Position numbers and translations under genes: made by a program. Positions 29,550-39,307 of a stretch of 64,000 nucleotides of DNA are shown here, one piece after another. A model generated the notes under the pieces. It ran no database searches. It was not told where the DNA came from and worked only from the letters and a program-made list of their open reading frames with translations. Origin of the DNA: Ignavibacteriota bacterium (GTDB lineage: Bacteria > Bacteroidota > Ignavibacteria > UBA10030 > UBA6906); the NCBI GenBank assembly GCA_963801355.1, contig CAWDEM010000008.1, forward strand, positions 1,248,001 through 1,312,000, given 5' to 3'. Numbering within the stretch: position 1 is the first letter of the stretch; every line of letters begins with the position of its first letter.

Positions 29550-29942
29550 CTAGTTCAACTCCAGAGTTGCAGGGATGTTCATCGGCTTGAACACGGAATA
29601 TGCCGTGCAGGACCCCCGCTTGATCTTCTGGGCGAGAAGCTTCGCATCCCGTTGTGCCACCGGATTGGCCTTGAGTGCTTCAGCTATGGCCTCCAGTAGA
29701 TGCTTTTGGGCTTCGCTCTTCGGCTCGGTAACGGAATACAGCATCCATAGACCCATCCTGCGGTCTTTGACTAAGCCGGCACGTTTTAGGTATGCGAGAT
29801 GGCGGGAGACTTTTGTCTGGGAAAAGTGCAGGGTTGCCTCGATATCACATACGCACAGTTCACCGGAGGTCAAGAGGATCCCGTAGATTCGCAAACGAGA
29901 TTCGTCAGCGAGCGTCTTGAGTGTCGCTGCCAGGTTCTTCAT
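29550..29942 (-). CDS. arsR: ArsR arsenic-responsive repressor
   Basis: LADESRLRI, ELCVCDI metal site, QTKVSRHLAYLK; first gene of the island. Confidence 0.9.
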   Translation of the reverse strand: MKNLAATLKTLADESRLRIYGILLTSGELCVCDIEATLHFSQTKVSRHLAYLKRAGLVKDRRMGLWMLYSVTEPKSEAQKHLLEAIAEALKANPVAQRDAKLLAQKIKRGSCTAYSVFKPMNIPATLELN

Positions 29943-30297
29943 GAGTCGCCTCTGTATGTGCTTACCCAAATATATATATGTGTGTAGACAAATGCAAGTG
30001 GATGCCCCAAGATGCTTCAGTCCAAAGGAACAAGCATACCTCTGGCTCAGAACTTCGCCCCTTTGCAGGAGATGCAGACATCACAGTCGGGTGCCGACTG
30101 CCGGCAGACTTGGCGGCAAACGTGAGGGTACTCAGCGACTGCGGACGAGACGCCGCGAGGACCGCGGTAAGTGAAGGTGGGCAGGCAAGTGCGACAGATT
30201 CGGGGAACCGTGATACATCACGAGTGCACCTCGGACGGTGCACAAAACACACACAGTCTGCATCCTGAACCAGGGGGAAAGCCTAAAAATCGTACTA

Positions 30298-31035
30298 TCA
30301 TCGCGAGGAAAGCCTGTTCAGCATTCCCCGCGCAGAATCCAGATCTTCAATTGTGTCGATCTCGATACACGCAAGCGAACCGGTATCGACAGCAAAGGGC
30401 CTGTGCCCCTTGTCGATAATTCGTTGAAATGCAGCCTCGTAGAACACCTTGACCTTTCCTTCGACTTGAATCATTCGCTCAAGTTCCGCGAACAATTCCT
30501 CTGTGGACTTCCGCCCGAACTTTTCGATGCCTATCGATTCGCCGAGCGCGACTTCGGGGTGGACTTCTTTGCCGATTTCCATCACCCTGCCGAGGATATC
30601 CACCCGCACTTTGATCTCCTCGTGTCCGAGAGAAACGCCCGTTTTCACCGCAAGGCAGTCTTCATGCCCGGATTCCAGCAGCAGGTCGATGATGTTCCCA
30701 TCGAAGATGATATCACTGTCGAGCAAGAGGATGCTGTGACCCCGGATGAGGTCCCGTGTCATCCAGAGCGAATAGATATTGTTCGTCGACGCGTAGAGCT
30801 CGTTTGAAAGGAACTCCACATTCATCTGTGGAAAAGTCTTCCGGACAAAACGGCGGATGCGCCCCTCCAGGTATCCGGTCACGAGGACCACGTCTTTAAT
30901 GCCATGGTCCTGCAGATTCTCCAGCGCCCTTCCAAGGATTGTCTTGCCACCCACATCGAGCAGGCACTTTGGAATCTGGTCTGTGAGCGGCCTGAGGCGG
31001 GATGCAGTTCCGGCGGCGAGAATGATGGTTTTCAT
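30298..31035 (-). CDS. NTP transferase (LicC/IPCT-like cytidylyltransferase)
   Basis: ILAAGTASRLRPLT..PKCLL, TNNIYSL, GESIGIEKF, EIDTIEDL. Confidence 0.88.
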   Translation of the reverse strand: MKTIILAAGTASRLRPLTDQIPKCLLDVGGKTILGRALENLQDHGIKDVVLVTGYLEGRIRRFVRKTFPQMNVEFLSNELYASTNNIYSLWMTRDLIRGHSILLLDSDIIFDGNIIDLLLESGHEDCLAVKTGVSLGHEEIKVRVDILGRVMEIGKEVHPEVALGESIGIEKFGRKSTEELFAELERMIQVEGKVKVFYEAAFQRIIDKGHRPFAVDTGSLACIEIDTIEDLDSARGMLNRLSSR

Positions 31036-31916
31036 TGTGTTCCGTACAGATTCATGGAGCGGTCTTTCAGGCGTTGCGCAATGATCAGGAAGCCGGCCAG
31101 GACGTTTCCCACGCCCGCGATGCCCCAGAAGTAGATGTCCCATCGATTGAGAAATGCACACACCACCATCAGCGAGAATTGCGTGGTAGGGCCCAGGTAC
31201 GTCCAGAGGCGCATGAGCCACCTTTGCTCACGGGCGAATACCTCTGGGCTGATGTTCAGCACTCTGCCCGTGGTCTTATGATCTGAGGTGAATCGCTGCT
31301 GTACCGCCGAATATTTGAGGTAGATCCAGAGAAGCGCCCTCTCCATGAAGTGCCCCCGCCGGCCACGCAGCTGGGCATACCCCTCCTCAAATGCCTTCTG
31401 ACCGTCCACGAGCACGCTGGTCCGGTTCAACGTGACGTCCAGATAGCGGTTCCGGTAGAAATCGAGGAGGCTGGCTTGAAGCACGTTGCTCACGGCAACG
31501 AAAGCTGTCACTAGCCACATGATCAGCGGCTGTGACGAAGCGGAGGCGTATCCGATCCCGATGCCCAGATACGCTGAGAGCGATGAGGTATAATCCGCGA
31601 GGCCGTCCAGGATCCTTCCCACCGGTGTCCCGCTCTTCTTCATGCGGGCAAGCTGGCCATCGCTGCAATCGACCACATCGCAGATGATGAACGAGATACC
31701 GCCCAGGCACCACGAGAGCGGAGTACCGAAGGCGAAGCACACTCCTCCGAGTATCCCAAAGACCATTGAAACAAACGTGAGCTGGTTTGGAGTAATCGGT
31801 GTGGAGTACACCCCCTTCACGAGGAGGAACGCAAGAGGACGATAGAAGATCAGGTCGAGAACTTCTTCAACCGCGGTAGATTTGAGACCTTGCTTGTACT
31901 CCTGGACAACGCTCAT
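31032..31916 (-). CDS. CDP-alcohol phosphotransferase
   Basis: ITPNQLT and DxxDGxxAR...GxxxDxxxD (DCSDGQLAR...GRILDGLAD). Confidence 0.9.
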   Translation of the reverse strand: MSVVQEYKQGLKSTAVEEVLDLIFYRPLAFLLVKGVYSTPITPNQLTFVSMVFGILGGVCFAFGTPLSWCLGGISFIICDVVDCSDGQLARMKKSGTPVGRILDGLADYTSSLSAYLGIGIGYASASSQPLIMWLVTAFVAVSNVLQASLLDFYRNRYLDVTLNRTSVLVDGQKAFEEGYAQLRGRRGHFMERALLWIYLKYSAVQQRFTSDHKTTGRVLNISPEVFAREQRWLMRLWTYLGPTTQFSLMVVCAFLNRWDIYFWGIAGVGNVLAGFLIIAQRLKDRSMNLYGTQ

Positions 31917-31926
31917 CGGGAGTCCA

Positions 31927-32943
31927 TCAGGCGTAGAATGCCTTTATGGCATTGATGACCAGGCGGTTTTCTTCCTGCGTACCAAGGGTGATCCGCACGT
32001 GGGAGTTCAGGAGCGGTTCGCTCATGAACTTGATGATCAGGCCGCGCTCCTTCATATGCGCCTGGAGGCGTTCCTTATCGGCCAGGGGGAACTCCGCGAG
32101 GACGAAGTTCGCGTCGGACTTGAACATGCGCCACCCGGGGATCCGCCCCACTTCGGCGTAGTAGGCCTCTTTGTCCTCGGACATCTTCCGGGCGATTTCG
32201 TTGTAGTAATCGGGGGAATCCAGGGCCGCTATGGCGACTTCCTCAGACACCCTGTGGAAGCCGAGATAGCGGTTCATGTACTTCGCGAGCGTCGTGAGAT
32301 TCTTACCGAGCAGACCGAATCCGATTCGCATACCGGCAAGTGCGTAGTACTTCGAAAATGTCCGGATCACGAGCAGATTCGGGTTTTCTTCGACCAGGCC
32401 TTTCACATAGTCGGTCTTCCCGTGATACGTGTACGCCTCATCCATGACCACCACCGAGGCGCGAAAATCCTTGAGCACCGAACGCAGATCGGTAAGCGCG
32501 AGCGAATTACCGGTCGGATTGTTGGGTGTGCTGATGAACACCACGGACGGCCTCTCGCGCACATAGACCTTTCGCATTCCTTGCAGATCGTATTCGAACC
32601 GGTCCGCCAGGATGTTCATGGGATATTCCACACTTTCGCCGCCGACCTCCGATGCGATCAGTTTGTAGTACCACCAGGAGTAGGCGGGGACCATGAGTGT
32701 CGCCTTGTTCTCCAAATAACACCGGATTGTCTGCTTGAGGATGTTTTCAGCGCCGTAGCCAAGGATGATGCGATCCTCGGGAATCCCGAAATCCCGGGCG
32801 AGACGATCGGAAAGGAGGCTCTTGAACCCTTTGGTATACGCGCGGTCATACCAGCTCAGTTTCGTGAGGTCCGCCTTCCGGAGGGCTTCGAAGCACGCAG
32901 GTGCGGGCCCGTAGTTGTTCTCATTGCGATCAAGGAAGATCAT
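31927..32943 (-). CDS. PLP-dependent class I/II enzyme (HisC/CobD-like aminotransferase or decarboxylase)
   Basis: LDRNEN, PNNPTG, DEAY, RTFSKYYALAGMRIG. Confidence 0.88.
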   Translation of the reverse strand: MIFLDRNENNYGPAPACFEALRKADLTKLSWYDRAYTKGFKSLLSDRLARDFGIPEDRIILGYGAENILKQTIRCYLENKATLMVPAYSWWYYKLIASEVGGESVEYPMNILADRFEYDLQGMRKVYVRERPSVVFISTPNNPTGNSLALTDLRSVLKDFRASVVVMDEAYTYHGKTDYVKGLVEENPNLLVIRTFSKYYALAGMRIGFGLLGKNLTTLAKYMNRYLGFHRVSEEVAIAALDSPDYYNEIARKMSEDKEAYYAEVGRIPGWRMFKSDANFVLAEFPLADKERLQAHMKERGLIIKFMSEPLLNSHVRITLGTQEENRLVINAIKAFYA

Positions 32944-33049
32944 TTGCCGCTCCAGGGTTTTCCAAGGTATAAGAATGGGCAACAGCGATAACCTATAAAT
33001 CTAAGGAAAATCGACAAACAATCCAACCGCCAAAACGGCATGCCGCTAT

Positions 33050-33089
33050 AGAAACAAAGAGAGCCCCGCCAGACACCGGCGGGGCTCTC
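33050..33089 (-). terminator. Rho-independent terminator after the RND operon
   Basis: 12-bp stem gagagccccgcc / ggcggggctctc followed by TTTGTTTC on the minus strand. Confidence 0.85.
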
Positions 33090-33156
33090 GAAAGCTTTCA
33101 TCGTACGGTCGCTTCAGGGAACGGAAATCTCAATTCCGGGCCCCGGGCCAACGGTT

Positions 33157-36100
33157 CTACCCACCCGCATTTTCCATTGCCGCGGCGCCGGTGATCCGAC
33201 TTGCCGGGGCGTGTTCCGTGCTTTCCTCTTCAAGATCTTCCTCTACCTTCACCGCACGCGTGAACCGTGCGAGCACTGTGTACAGCACCGGGACGAGCAC
33301 AAGCGTCAGGAATGTGGAGAAGAGCATGCCGCCCACGACCGCAAGCCCCAGCGGCCGCCGCGATTCCCCACCCGCACCCAGCGCCAGGGCGATGGGCAGC
33401 ACTCCGAACACAGTGGAAAAGGAAGTCATGAGGATCGGTCTCAATCTGATCGTTGCTGCCTCAACGACAGCCGTGTACACGTCCTTGCCCTGCGCCCGCA
33501 GTTGATTCGAGAACTCGACGATCAGAATCGAATTCTTGGTCACGAGGCCGACGAGCATGATCAGGCCGATTTGCGAATAGATATTCAGCGACTCTCCGAA
33601 CAGGAAGAGCGTCAACAGTGCGCCGAACACCGCGAGTGGAACCGCCAAGAGGATGGTGAGAGGATGCACGAAGCTTTCGAACTGCGCCGCCAGCACGAGG
33701 TAGATGAACACAACGGCGAGGAAGAACATGAAATACAGACTCGAGCTGGAGCTCTTGTATTCAAGTGACTGCCCCGCGTATTCCCTTTTCAGGGTCGGGG
33801 GAAGTTTCTCGGTGGTGATCCGGTCAAGGTCGTCGAGCGCTTGTCCGAGGCTCACGCCGGGCACAAGCTGGGCCGTCACTTTCGCGGCACGGACTCTGTT
33901 GTAATGGTTCAATTCCTTCGGTGCGAGCGTTTCATCCACGTGCACGACACTTGCGAGCTGAACAAGTCCACCGGTACCGCGGACATAGAGTTCCCGTATC
34001 GCCTCGGGAGTGGCGCGGGCTGCGGGCCTCATCTGCAGGATGACGTCGTATTGCTTCGTTCCCCTTTTGAAGTTCGTGACTGCCCGCCCGCCCAGGAACG
34101 TCTCCAGCGTCGATCCGATATCCGTCACCGACACCCCCAACCCGCCTGCGCGCTCGCGGTCTATCGAAAGATCCAGCTGCGGTTTGTTCAGTCGCAGGTC
34201 GGTGTCCATGTTGATCAGGTAGCCCAGTTTCGAGGCTTCTCCCATGAGCATCCCGACGGATTGGTTCAATTCTTCATAGTTGTCCGCCTGTAGCACGTAT
34301 TCCACCGGACTGGAGCTGACGCTTCCCGCCAGGCTGGGCGGGTTGATCACAAAGGCAAGAACGCCCGGAATCGCCAGGAGTTGTGGAAAGAGCTCCTGGA
34401 CGATCTGTTGTTGGGATTTGGTGCGTTCTTTCAGCGGTTTCAAAGCAATGAACATGAACCCATTCGTCACCCGACCCGGACCGCCGAAACCCAGCCCAAT
34501 CGCCGAGAAAAGTCCGCGGACCTCGGGCCTCGCCAGAATGAGTTTCTCCGCTTCGAGCTGGTACTTGTCCGTGTAGTCGAGCGTTGCACCTTCCGGGGCG
34601 ATGATGATGCCGAAGCCGACCCCTCTGTCCTCCACCGGCACAAGCTCGCTCGGGATGAGGCGGACGAGCACGACACTGGCGACGACCGCGAGAATTGCAG
34701 CGGCTACCATACTCACCCTATGGCGGAGTACAAAATGCAGGGTGCGTGTGTAGATGTCGTTCAACCAGTTGAAGAACGCATCAAATGACCGCGACGCCCA
34801 TCCCGCATTGACGCCGTGAAGCGGCCGTAAGATTCTGGATGAGAGCATCGGTGAGATTGTCAATGCGACAAAACCAGAAATAAGCACTGCCACCGCAAGG
34901 GTGATACCGAACTCATTAAACAGGCGCCCCACCGATCCGCTGAGGAACGCGAGTGGAACGAACACCGCAACGAGCGTGATCGTGGTGGCCACCACCGCAA
35001 ACCCGATCTCCTTGCTGCCGTCGAACGCCGCGCGCCGCCGGTCTTTACCCATCTCAATGTGGCGATAGATATTTTCCAGCACCACAATCGCGTCATCCAC
35101 GACAAGGCCGATGGCAAGGACGAGCGCGAGAAGTGTCAGGATGTTGACCGTGAACCCCGCAAAGTACACGACCGTCAATGCCCCGATGATCGAGATCGGA
35201 ATAGCGATTGTAGGAATCGCTGTTGCACGCATGCTCTTCAGGAACGCGAGGACGACAAGCACCACCAGACAGATGGCGATAATTAGCGATTGGATGACTT
35301 CGTCGATGGATTCGGTGATAAATGTCGAAGAGTCGTACGCGACATCCAGGATCATTCCGGCAGGGAGAAGGGCAGTGAGATCGTTCAGCGCCTTATGTAC
35401 TTCGTTCGCGACATCGACGGTACTCGCCTTGGATTGCTTCACAATCCCCAGGCCCACAGCTGTCTTCCCGTTGTACCGTGCGACCGTCCTTTCGTCTTCT
35501 GCACCCACGTTTACTTCGGCGACATCCCGCAGCCTGACGATATCGTCCTTGTTCTGTGAGACGATGATTGCGCCGAATTCCTCGGGTGTGTCCAGCTCTC
35601 CGCGGGTACGTACCGCGAACTCCCGCTCGGCCCCTTCCACACGCCCACCGGGAATCTCCGCATTTTCCCTGCGGAGTGCATTTTCGATATCCTGTGTCGT
35701 GAGCCCGTGTGCGGCCATGTGCAGCGGATCGAGCCAGATCCTCATCGCATACCGCCGCTCTCCGCCGAGAAATACGGAGCCGACACCTGGAAGTCGCTGG
35801 ATCCGCTCCTTCAACACCCTGTCGGCAACGTCGCTCAGCTCAAGTCCGTTGTGCGTTTCACTCGAGAGTGCCAGCCAGACAATCGGCTGGGCGTTGGCAT
35901 CGACTTTGGATATAACGGGATCGTCGATTTCGCGGGGAAGGCTGCTGCGCACCCTCGACACCCTGTCACGGACGTCATTCGCCGCCTCGTCCACATTTCT
36001 GGAGAGCTCGAACTCAATGGTGATGACGGAGCCCTGTTCCCGGCTGGACGAGGTCATCGTCTTCACGCCTTCCAGGGTAGCGAACTGCTCTTCCAATACG

Positions 36101-36294
36101 TTCGTAATTTCAGTTTCAATGACGCTCGGGCTGGCACCGCGATAGTACGAGACCACGGAAACAATGGGGGGGTCGATGTCCGGATACTCACGCACCGGCA
36201 AGCGCGTAAATGAGATGATGCCGAACAGAAGAATGGCAAAACTCATGACGCTGGCAAATACCGGACGCTTGATGGAAACCGTACTGAGTTTCAT
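33157..36294 (-). CDS. RND efflux transporter, AcrB/AcrD/AcrF (HAE1-like) family
   Basis: SIKRPVFA, GLVVDDAIVVLEN, TKNSILIVEF, RLRPILMTS. Confidence 0.95.
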   Translation of the reverse strand: MKLSTVSIKRPVFASVMSFAILLFGIISFTRLPVREYPDIDPPIVSVVSYYRGASPSVIETEITNVLEEQFATLEGVKTMTSSSREQGSVITIEFELSRNVDEAANDVRDRVSRVRSSLPREIDDPVISKVDANAQPIVWLALSSETHNGLELSDVADRVLKERIQRLPGVGSVFLGGERRYAMRIWLDPLHMAAHGLTTQDIENALRRENAEIPGGRVEGAEREFAVRTRGELDTPEEFGAIIVSQNKDDIVRLRDVAEVNVGAEDERTVARYNGKTAVGLGIVKQSKASTVDVANEVHKALNDLTALLPAGMILDVAYDSSTFITESIDEVIQSLIIAICLVVLVVLAFLKSMRATAIPTIAIPISIIGALTVVYFAGFTVNILTLLALVLAIGLVVDDAIVVLENIYRHIEMGKDRRRAAFDGSKEIGFAVVATTITLVAVFVPLAFLSGSVGRLFNEFGITLAVAVLISGFVALTISPMLSSRILRPLHGVNAGWASRSFDAFFNWLNDIYTRTLHFVLRHRVSMVAAAILAVVASVVLVRLIPSELVPVEDRGVGFGIIIAPEGATLDYTDKYQLEAEKLILARPEVRGLFSAIGLGFGGPGRVTNGFMFIALKPLKERTKSQQQIVQELFPQLLAIPGVLAFVINPPSLAGSVSSSPVEYVLQADNYEELNQSVGMLMGEASKLGYLINMDTDLRLNKPQLDLSIDRERAGGLGVSVTDIGSTLETFLGGRAVTNFKRGTKQYDVILQMRPAARATPEAIRELYVRGTGGLVQLASVVHVDETLAPKELNHYNRVRAAKVTAQLVPGVSLGQALDDLDRITTEKLPPTLKREYAGQSLEYKSSSSSLYFMFFLAVVFIYLVLAAQFESFVHPLTILLAVPLAVFGALLTLFLFGESLNIYSQIGLIMLVGLVTKNSILIVEFSNQLRAQGKDVYTAVVEAATIRLRPILMTSFSTVFGVLPIALALGAGGESRRPLGLAVVGGMLFSTFLTLVLVPVLYTVLARFTRAVKVEEDLEEESTEHAPASRITGAAAMENAGG

Positions 36295-36299
36295 GACCG

Positions 36300-37466
36300 C
36301 TATCCTCCGCCCGATGGGTTATTTGCGTCGGGCTTGCGTTCGTTCAACATCGGGAAGACCTTCCCGCCGTCAAACAATTTCTGATGTCCCGCCCTGACGA
36401 CCATCATCCCCGGTTTGAGCCCTTCGAGCACTTCCACGACCTGCGGCGACCGGGTGCCAAGCACGACGACTACGCGCGCGACCGTGCTGTCCGGGTTGAC
36501 GACAAACACCTGTGACTGATTCCCGCTCCCGAACACCGCCTCCTGCGGAATGGTCAGCGCATTCGGGCGCTCCCCGAGAACGGCCGTCACGTTAGCCGAC
36601 ATCCCCGGCCTGAATCGCCGTCCGGCGTTTTGCACCTGTGCAACAACCCGGGCACTGCGCGTCGTGGGATCGATCATCGGCTCGACCACGGCTATTTTGC
36701 CCTTGAGACTCATCGCCGGGAAGGCCGGGCTGGAGACACTCACCGTAGCTCCCGGCGTGAGGCGTGAGAGAAACCGTTCGGGAGCGGAGAAGTTTACTCT
36801 GATTTCGTTGATGTTGGCCAGCTCCGCGATCGCCTGGCCGGACCGCAGGAACGTACCGACACTCACCTTGCGCGCGCCAATAATTCCCTCGAACGGCGCA
36901 ACGACCCTGGTCTTCGCGAGTCGTGCCCGGGCCAGATCAAGATTTGCTTCGGCAACCTTCAACGCAGCACGCGCATCATCCAGATCCTGCGGTGCGCCTG
37001 CGCCCTGATCCACAATTTGTTTTACACGATCGTACGAGGACTTGCTCTGGGCCCGGAGCGCCTGCGCGCGGGCAAGCTCGGCAGCGAGCTGGGCATCGTC
37101 CAGCTGTGCGATCAGTCCATTCCGGCCAATGGTGCTTCCTTCCTTGAACGGAAGGCTCTTGACCGCAGCGTCGATCTCACCCACAACGGTAATTGCCTCG
37201 ATCGCCTCGATCGTTCCGACGGCCTCGAACTTGTCCTGCACCATCTGCACGACGACCTTGCTCACTTCCACCGGCATCGGCGGCATCGCGAAGCCGCCTT
37301 TTGCTTTTCCACCGCATCCCGGCAGGATGACCATGGCTGTTCCCAGGGAGATAACGAGCACAACGCCCGCGAGGAGCTTGATTTGACGATTTACCGGAGA
37401 GAATACACCGCGGGGCATTCCTGGCGTCTCCGGCCTCGTGCCGAATGCGAGATTGGTGATAGACAT
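36300..37466 (-). CDS. RND periplasmic adaptor (MFP)
   Basis: Lipobox-like LPGC, APFEGIIG, IDPTTR, RPGMSA. Confidence 0.9.
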   Translation of the reverse strand: MSITNLAFGTRPETPGMPRGVFSPVNRQIKLLAGVVLVISLGTAMVILPGCGGKAKGGFAMPPMPVEVSKVVVQMVQDKFEAVGTIEAIEAITVVGEIDAAVKSLPFKEGSTIGRNGLIAQLDDAQLAAELARAQALRAQSKSSYDRVKQIVDQGAGAPQDLDDARAALKVAEANLDLARARLAKTRVVAPFEGIIGARKVSVGTFLRSGQAIAELANINEIRVNFSAPERFLSRLTPGATVSVSSPAFPAMSLKGKIAVVEPMIDPTTRSARVVAQVQNAGRRFRPGMSANVTAVLGERPNALTIPQEAVFGSGNQSQVFVVNPDSTVARVVVVLGTRSPQVVEVLEGLKPGMMVVRAGHQKLFDGGKVFPMLNERKPDANNPSGGG

Positions 37467-37482
37467 GAGTGCCTCCCGATGA

Positions 37483-39057
37483 TCATTGCATTGAAAGTGA
37501 TGAAGCATATGCGCCGGAAGTCAGCTGGCGCAACGAGGCAGCCGCTTTCGCGCTCCGCACCAGTGCCTGCGAATACCGCTGCTGCGCAACCGCAAAGTCG
37601 GTACCAAGGCGCACGAGCTCGAAGGCTGTCGTGCGCCCGTTTTGAAATTCGATCTGACCGATGCGCACCTGCTCCTGCGCCGCGGCGACTCCTTCCCGTG
37701 CAGCGTCCCGTCGCCGCTGCCCGTGCGAAAGTTCCCTGCAGTCCGCACGGACCTCCGCCTCCAGAATCCGTTTCAGCTGCTCATAGCGCTGTTCGGCCAT
37801 CACGACCTCGGCGTCCAATCGATCCTCCTCGCCCAGACCGGTCCGGAAGCCGATGGGAACGTTCAGCTCCAGGCCAACGCTCCAGGATGGGAAGTCACGT
37901 TTCACCGCCTGGCGCACCGCATCGCTGAAACCGCCGCCGACAATTGTGCGCAGCGTATCGTTGCCAAAGATCACATCGTGGGCTGTCCCGGAGAGTCCGT
38001 TTCCACCGAGTGACGCGACAAAATCAAGGCGAGGGAGGGCTTCCCATGACGATGCTCTGGCAAGTGTTCGCCGCGCATCGATGTCAGCTCTGGCGGCGCG
38101 CAATTCAAGATTCCGGTCGAACGCCGCCTGCACCAGCGAATCAGCCTCCCCCGCAGGGAATTCGTCCCGGGGCTGATCCACAGTTTTGAACCGCATCTGC
38201 CTGTCGCCGGGTCGCATTCCAAGCGTCACTGCCATCTGGTCTGACAATCCGTCGAGCTGTTCTTCCCGGTCGAGCAACAGAATCTCCTGCTCGGCAAGGA
38301 ACGTGCGGGCATTGGCCACCTGATTCGGCCCGATGAGACCGACCTTTGCGCGCATCTCGGTTTCTTTCAGGAATGCAGCGGCACGGTCGCGGGTCAGCTT
38401 CTGTACCGCATAGTCGCGTTCACCTGCGTAGAGATCCCAGTAGAGCTGTTCCACCTGTGTGCTGAGAGAGAGGGTTGCCTGATTGAACTGTGCTTCCGCG
38501 CCATCAGCTGCCTGTTCGGCGCTGGTCAGTTGTTTTCGTGCGGAAATTGTGAATCCCCTCAGCAACGATTGGCGCAACGTCAGTCCGCCGACGGTGGTGT
38601 ACTGAGGGGAAAGAAATGCAAAGGTTGAGTTCGTGTTGAGGCGGATTGCGTTGAGCGTGGCTCCGATACTCGTTCCTGTCGGGGCGTTCCAGAAAAGGCC
38701 GGCCTGCCCGTCTGCCTGGACAGTACGCAACACCGATGCGCCTGCGAAGAACGACGCCGTCGGCTGCTCCTGATCCACATAATGCCAGTTCAGCGACAAC
38801 TCCGGATCGAAGCTACCTCCTTCGCGTCGCTCGGCGCCGCGTGCGGCCGCGAGTGTGGCCTCTGCTGTACGGACTGACGGGGAGTTCTGCATGGATTGCT
38901 GAATGGCCCCGGGGAGCGAAAGGGGTGCTCCTGGTAGCTGCTTGAGGATGTCGAGCAGTGCACTATCAGGGTTGGACGGTTGGATTTGGGCGGAGCCGCC
39001 GGCAACACTACCGAATAGCAGTATGAGCAGGGCAAACATGGTTCGAATACGCGACAT
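37483..39057 (-). CDS. TolC-family outer membrane factor
   Basis: Signal peptide, duplicated OEP helical repeats, first gene of an OMF-MFP-RND operon. Confidence 0.88.
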   Translation of the reverse strand: MSRIRTMFALLILLFGSVAGGSAQIQPSNPDSALLDILKQLPGAPLSLPGAIQQSMQNSPSVRTAEATLAAARGAERREGGSFDPELSLNWHYVDQEQPTASFFAGASVLRTVQADGQAGLFWNAPTGTSIGATLNAIRLNTNSTFAFLSPQYTTVGGLTLRQSLLRGFTISARKQLTSAEQAADGAEAQFNQATLSLSTQVEQLYWDLYAGERDYAVQKLTRDRAAAFLKETEMRAKVGLIGPNQVANARTFLAEQEILLLDREEQLDGLSDQMAVTLGMRPGDRQMRFKTVDQPRDEFPAGEADSLVQAAFDRNLELRAARADIDARRTLARASSWEALPRLDFVASLGGNGLSGTAHDVIFGNDTLRTIVGGGFSDAVRQAVKRDFPSWSVGLELNVPIGFRTGLGEEDRLDAEVVMAEQRYEQLKRILEAEVRADCRELSHGQRRRDAAREGVAAAQEQVRIGQIEFQNGRTTAFELVRLGTDFAVAQQRYSQALVRSAKAAASLRQLTSGAYASSLSMQ

Positions 39058-39113
39058 ACGTCCCTATTGCTTTTGCTGGTACATAGTGGCCTGGGTCGAG
39101 AGCAACTGCAGTC

Positions 39114-39161
39114 TTTGCTGAAAATCAGGTGCTCCGCGCGCCGTGTTTGCTGAAAATCAGG
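39114..39161. promoter_or_regulatory. Paired 16-bp direct repeat, putative regulator binding sites
   Basis: tttgctgaaaatcagg at 39114 and 39146 (32-bp period), each containing CTGA-aaa-TCAG; upstream of the TolC gene. Confidence 0.6.
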
Positions 39162-39177
39162 CCAATTCAAAGAACTT

Positions 39178-39214
39178 TAAAGAAAGATCAGGCGCCGGAG
39201 CACAGCGGCGCCTG
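39178..39214 (-). terminator. Probable terminator after the heavy-metal RND gene
   Basis: 9-bp stem caggcgccg / cggcgcctg followed by ATCTTTCTTT on the minus strand. Confidence 0.65.
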
Positions 39215-39307
39215 TGTAAGTTAACAATCTCTCTTTCTCAATCGTTCCTACGAACGCTCGCTGTGGCAGAAGGAAAATCTGTCCCATGTGCCATGAACAA
39301 GGTGACA

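Noticed and set aside
29962-30252. ORFs in the spacer upstream of arsR
   Set aside because: No RBS or protein-like features; more likely promoter or spacer DNA.
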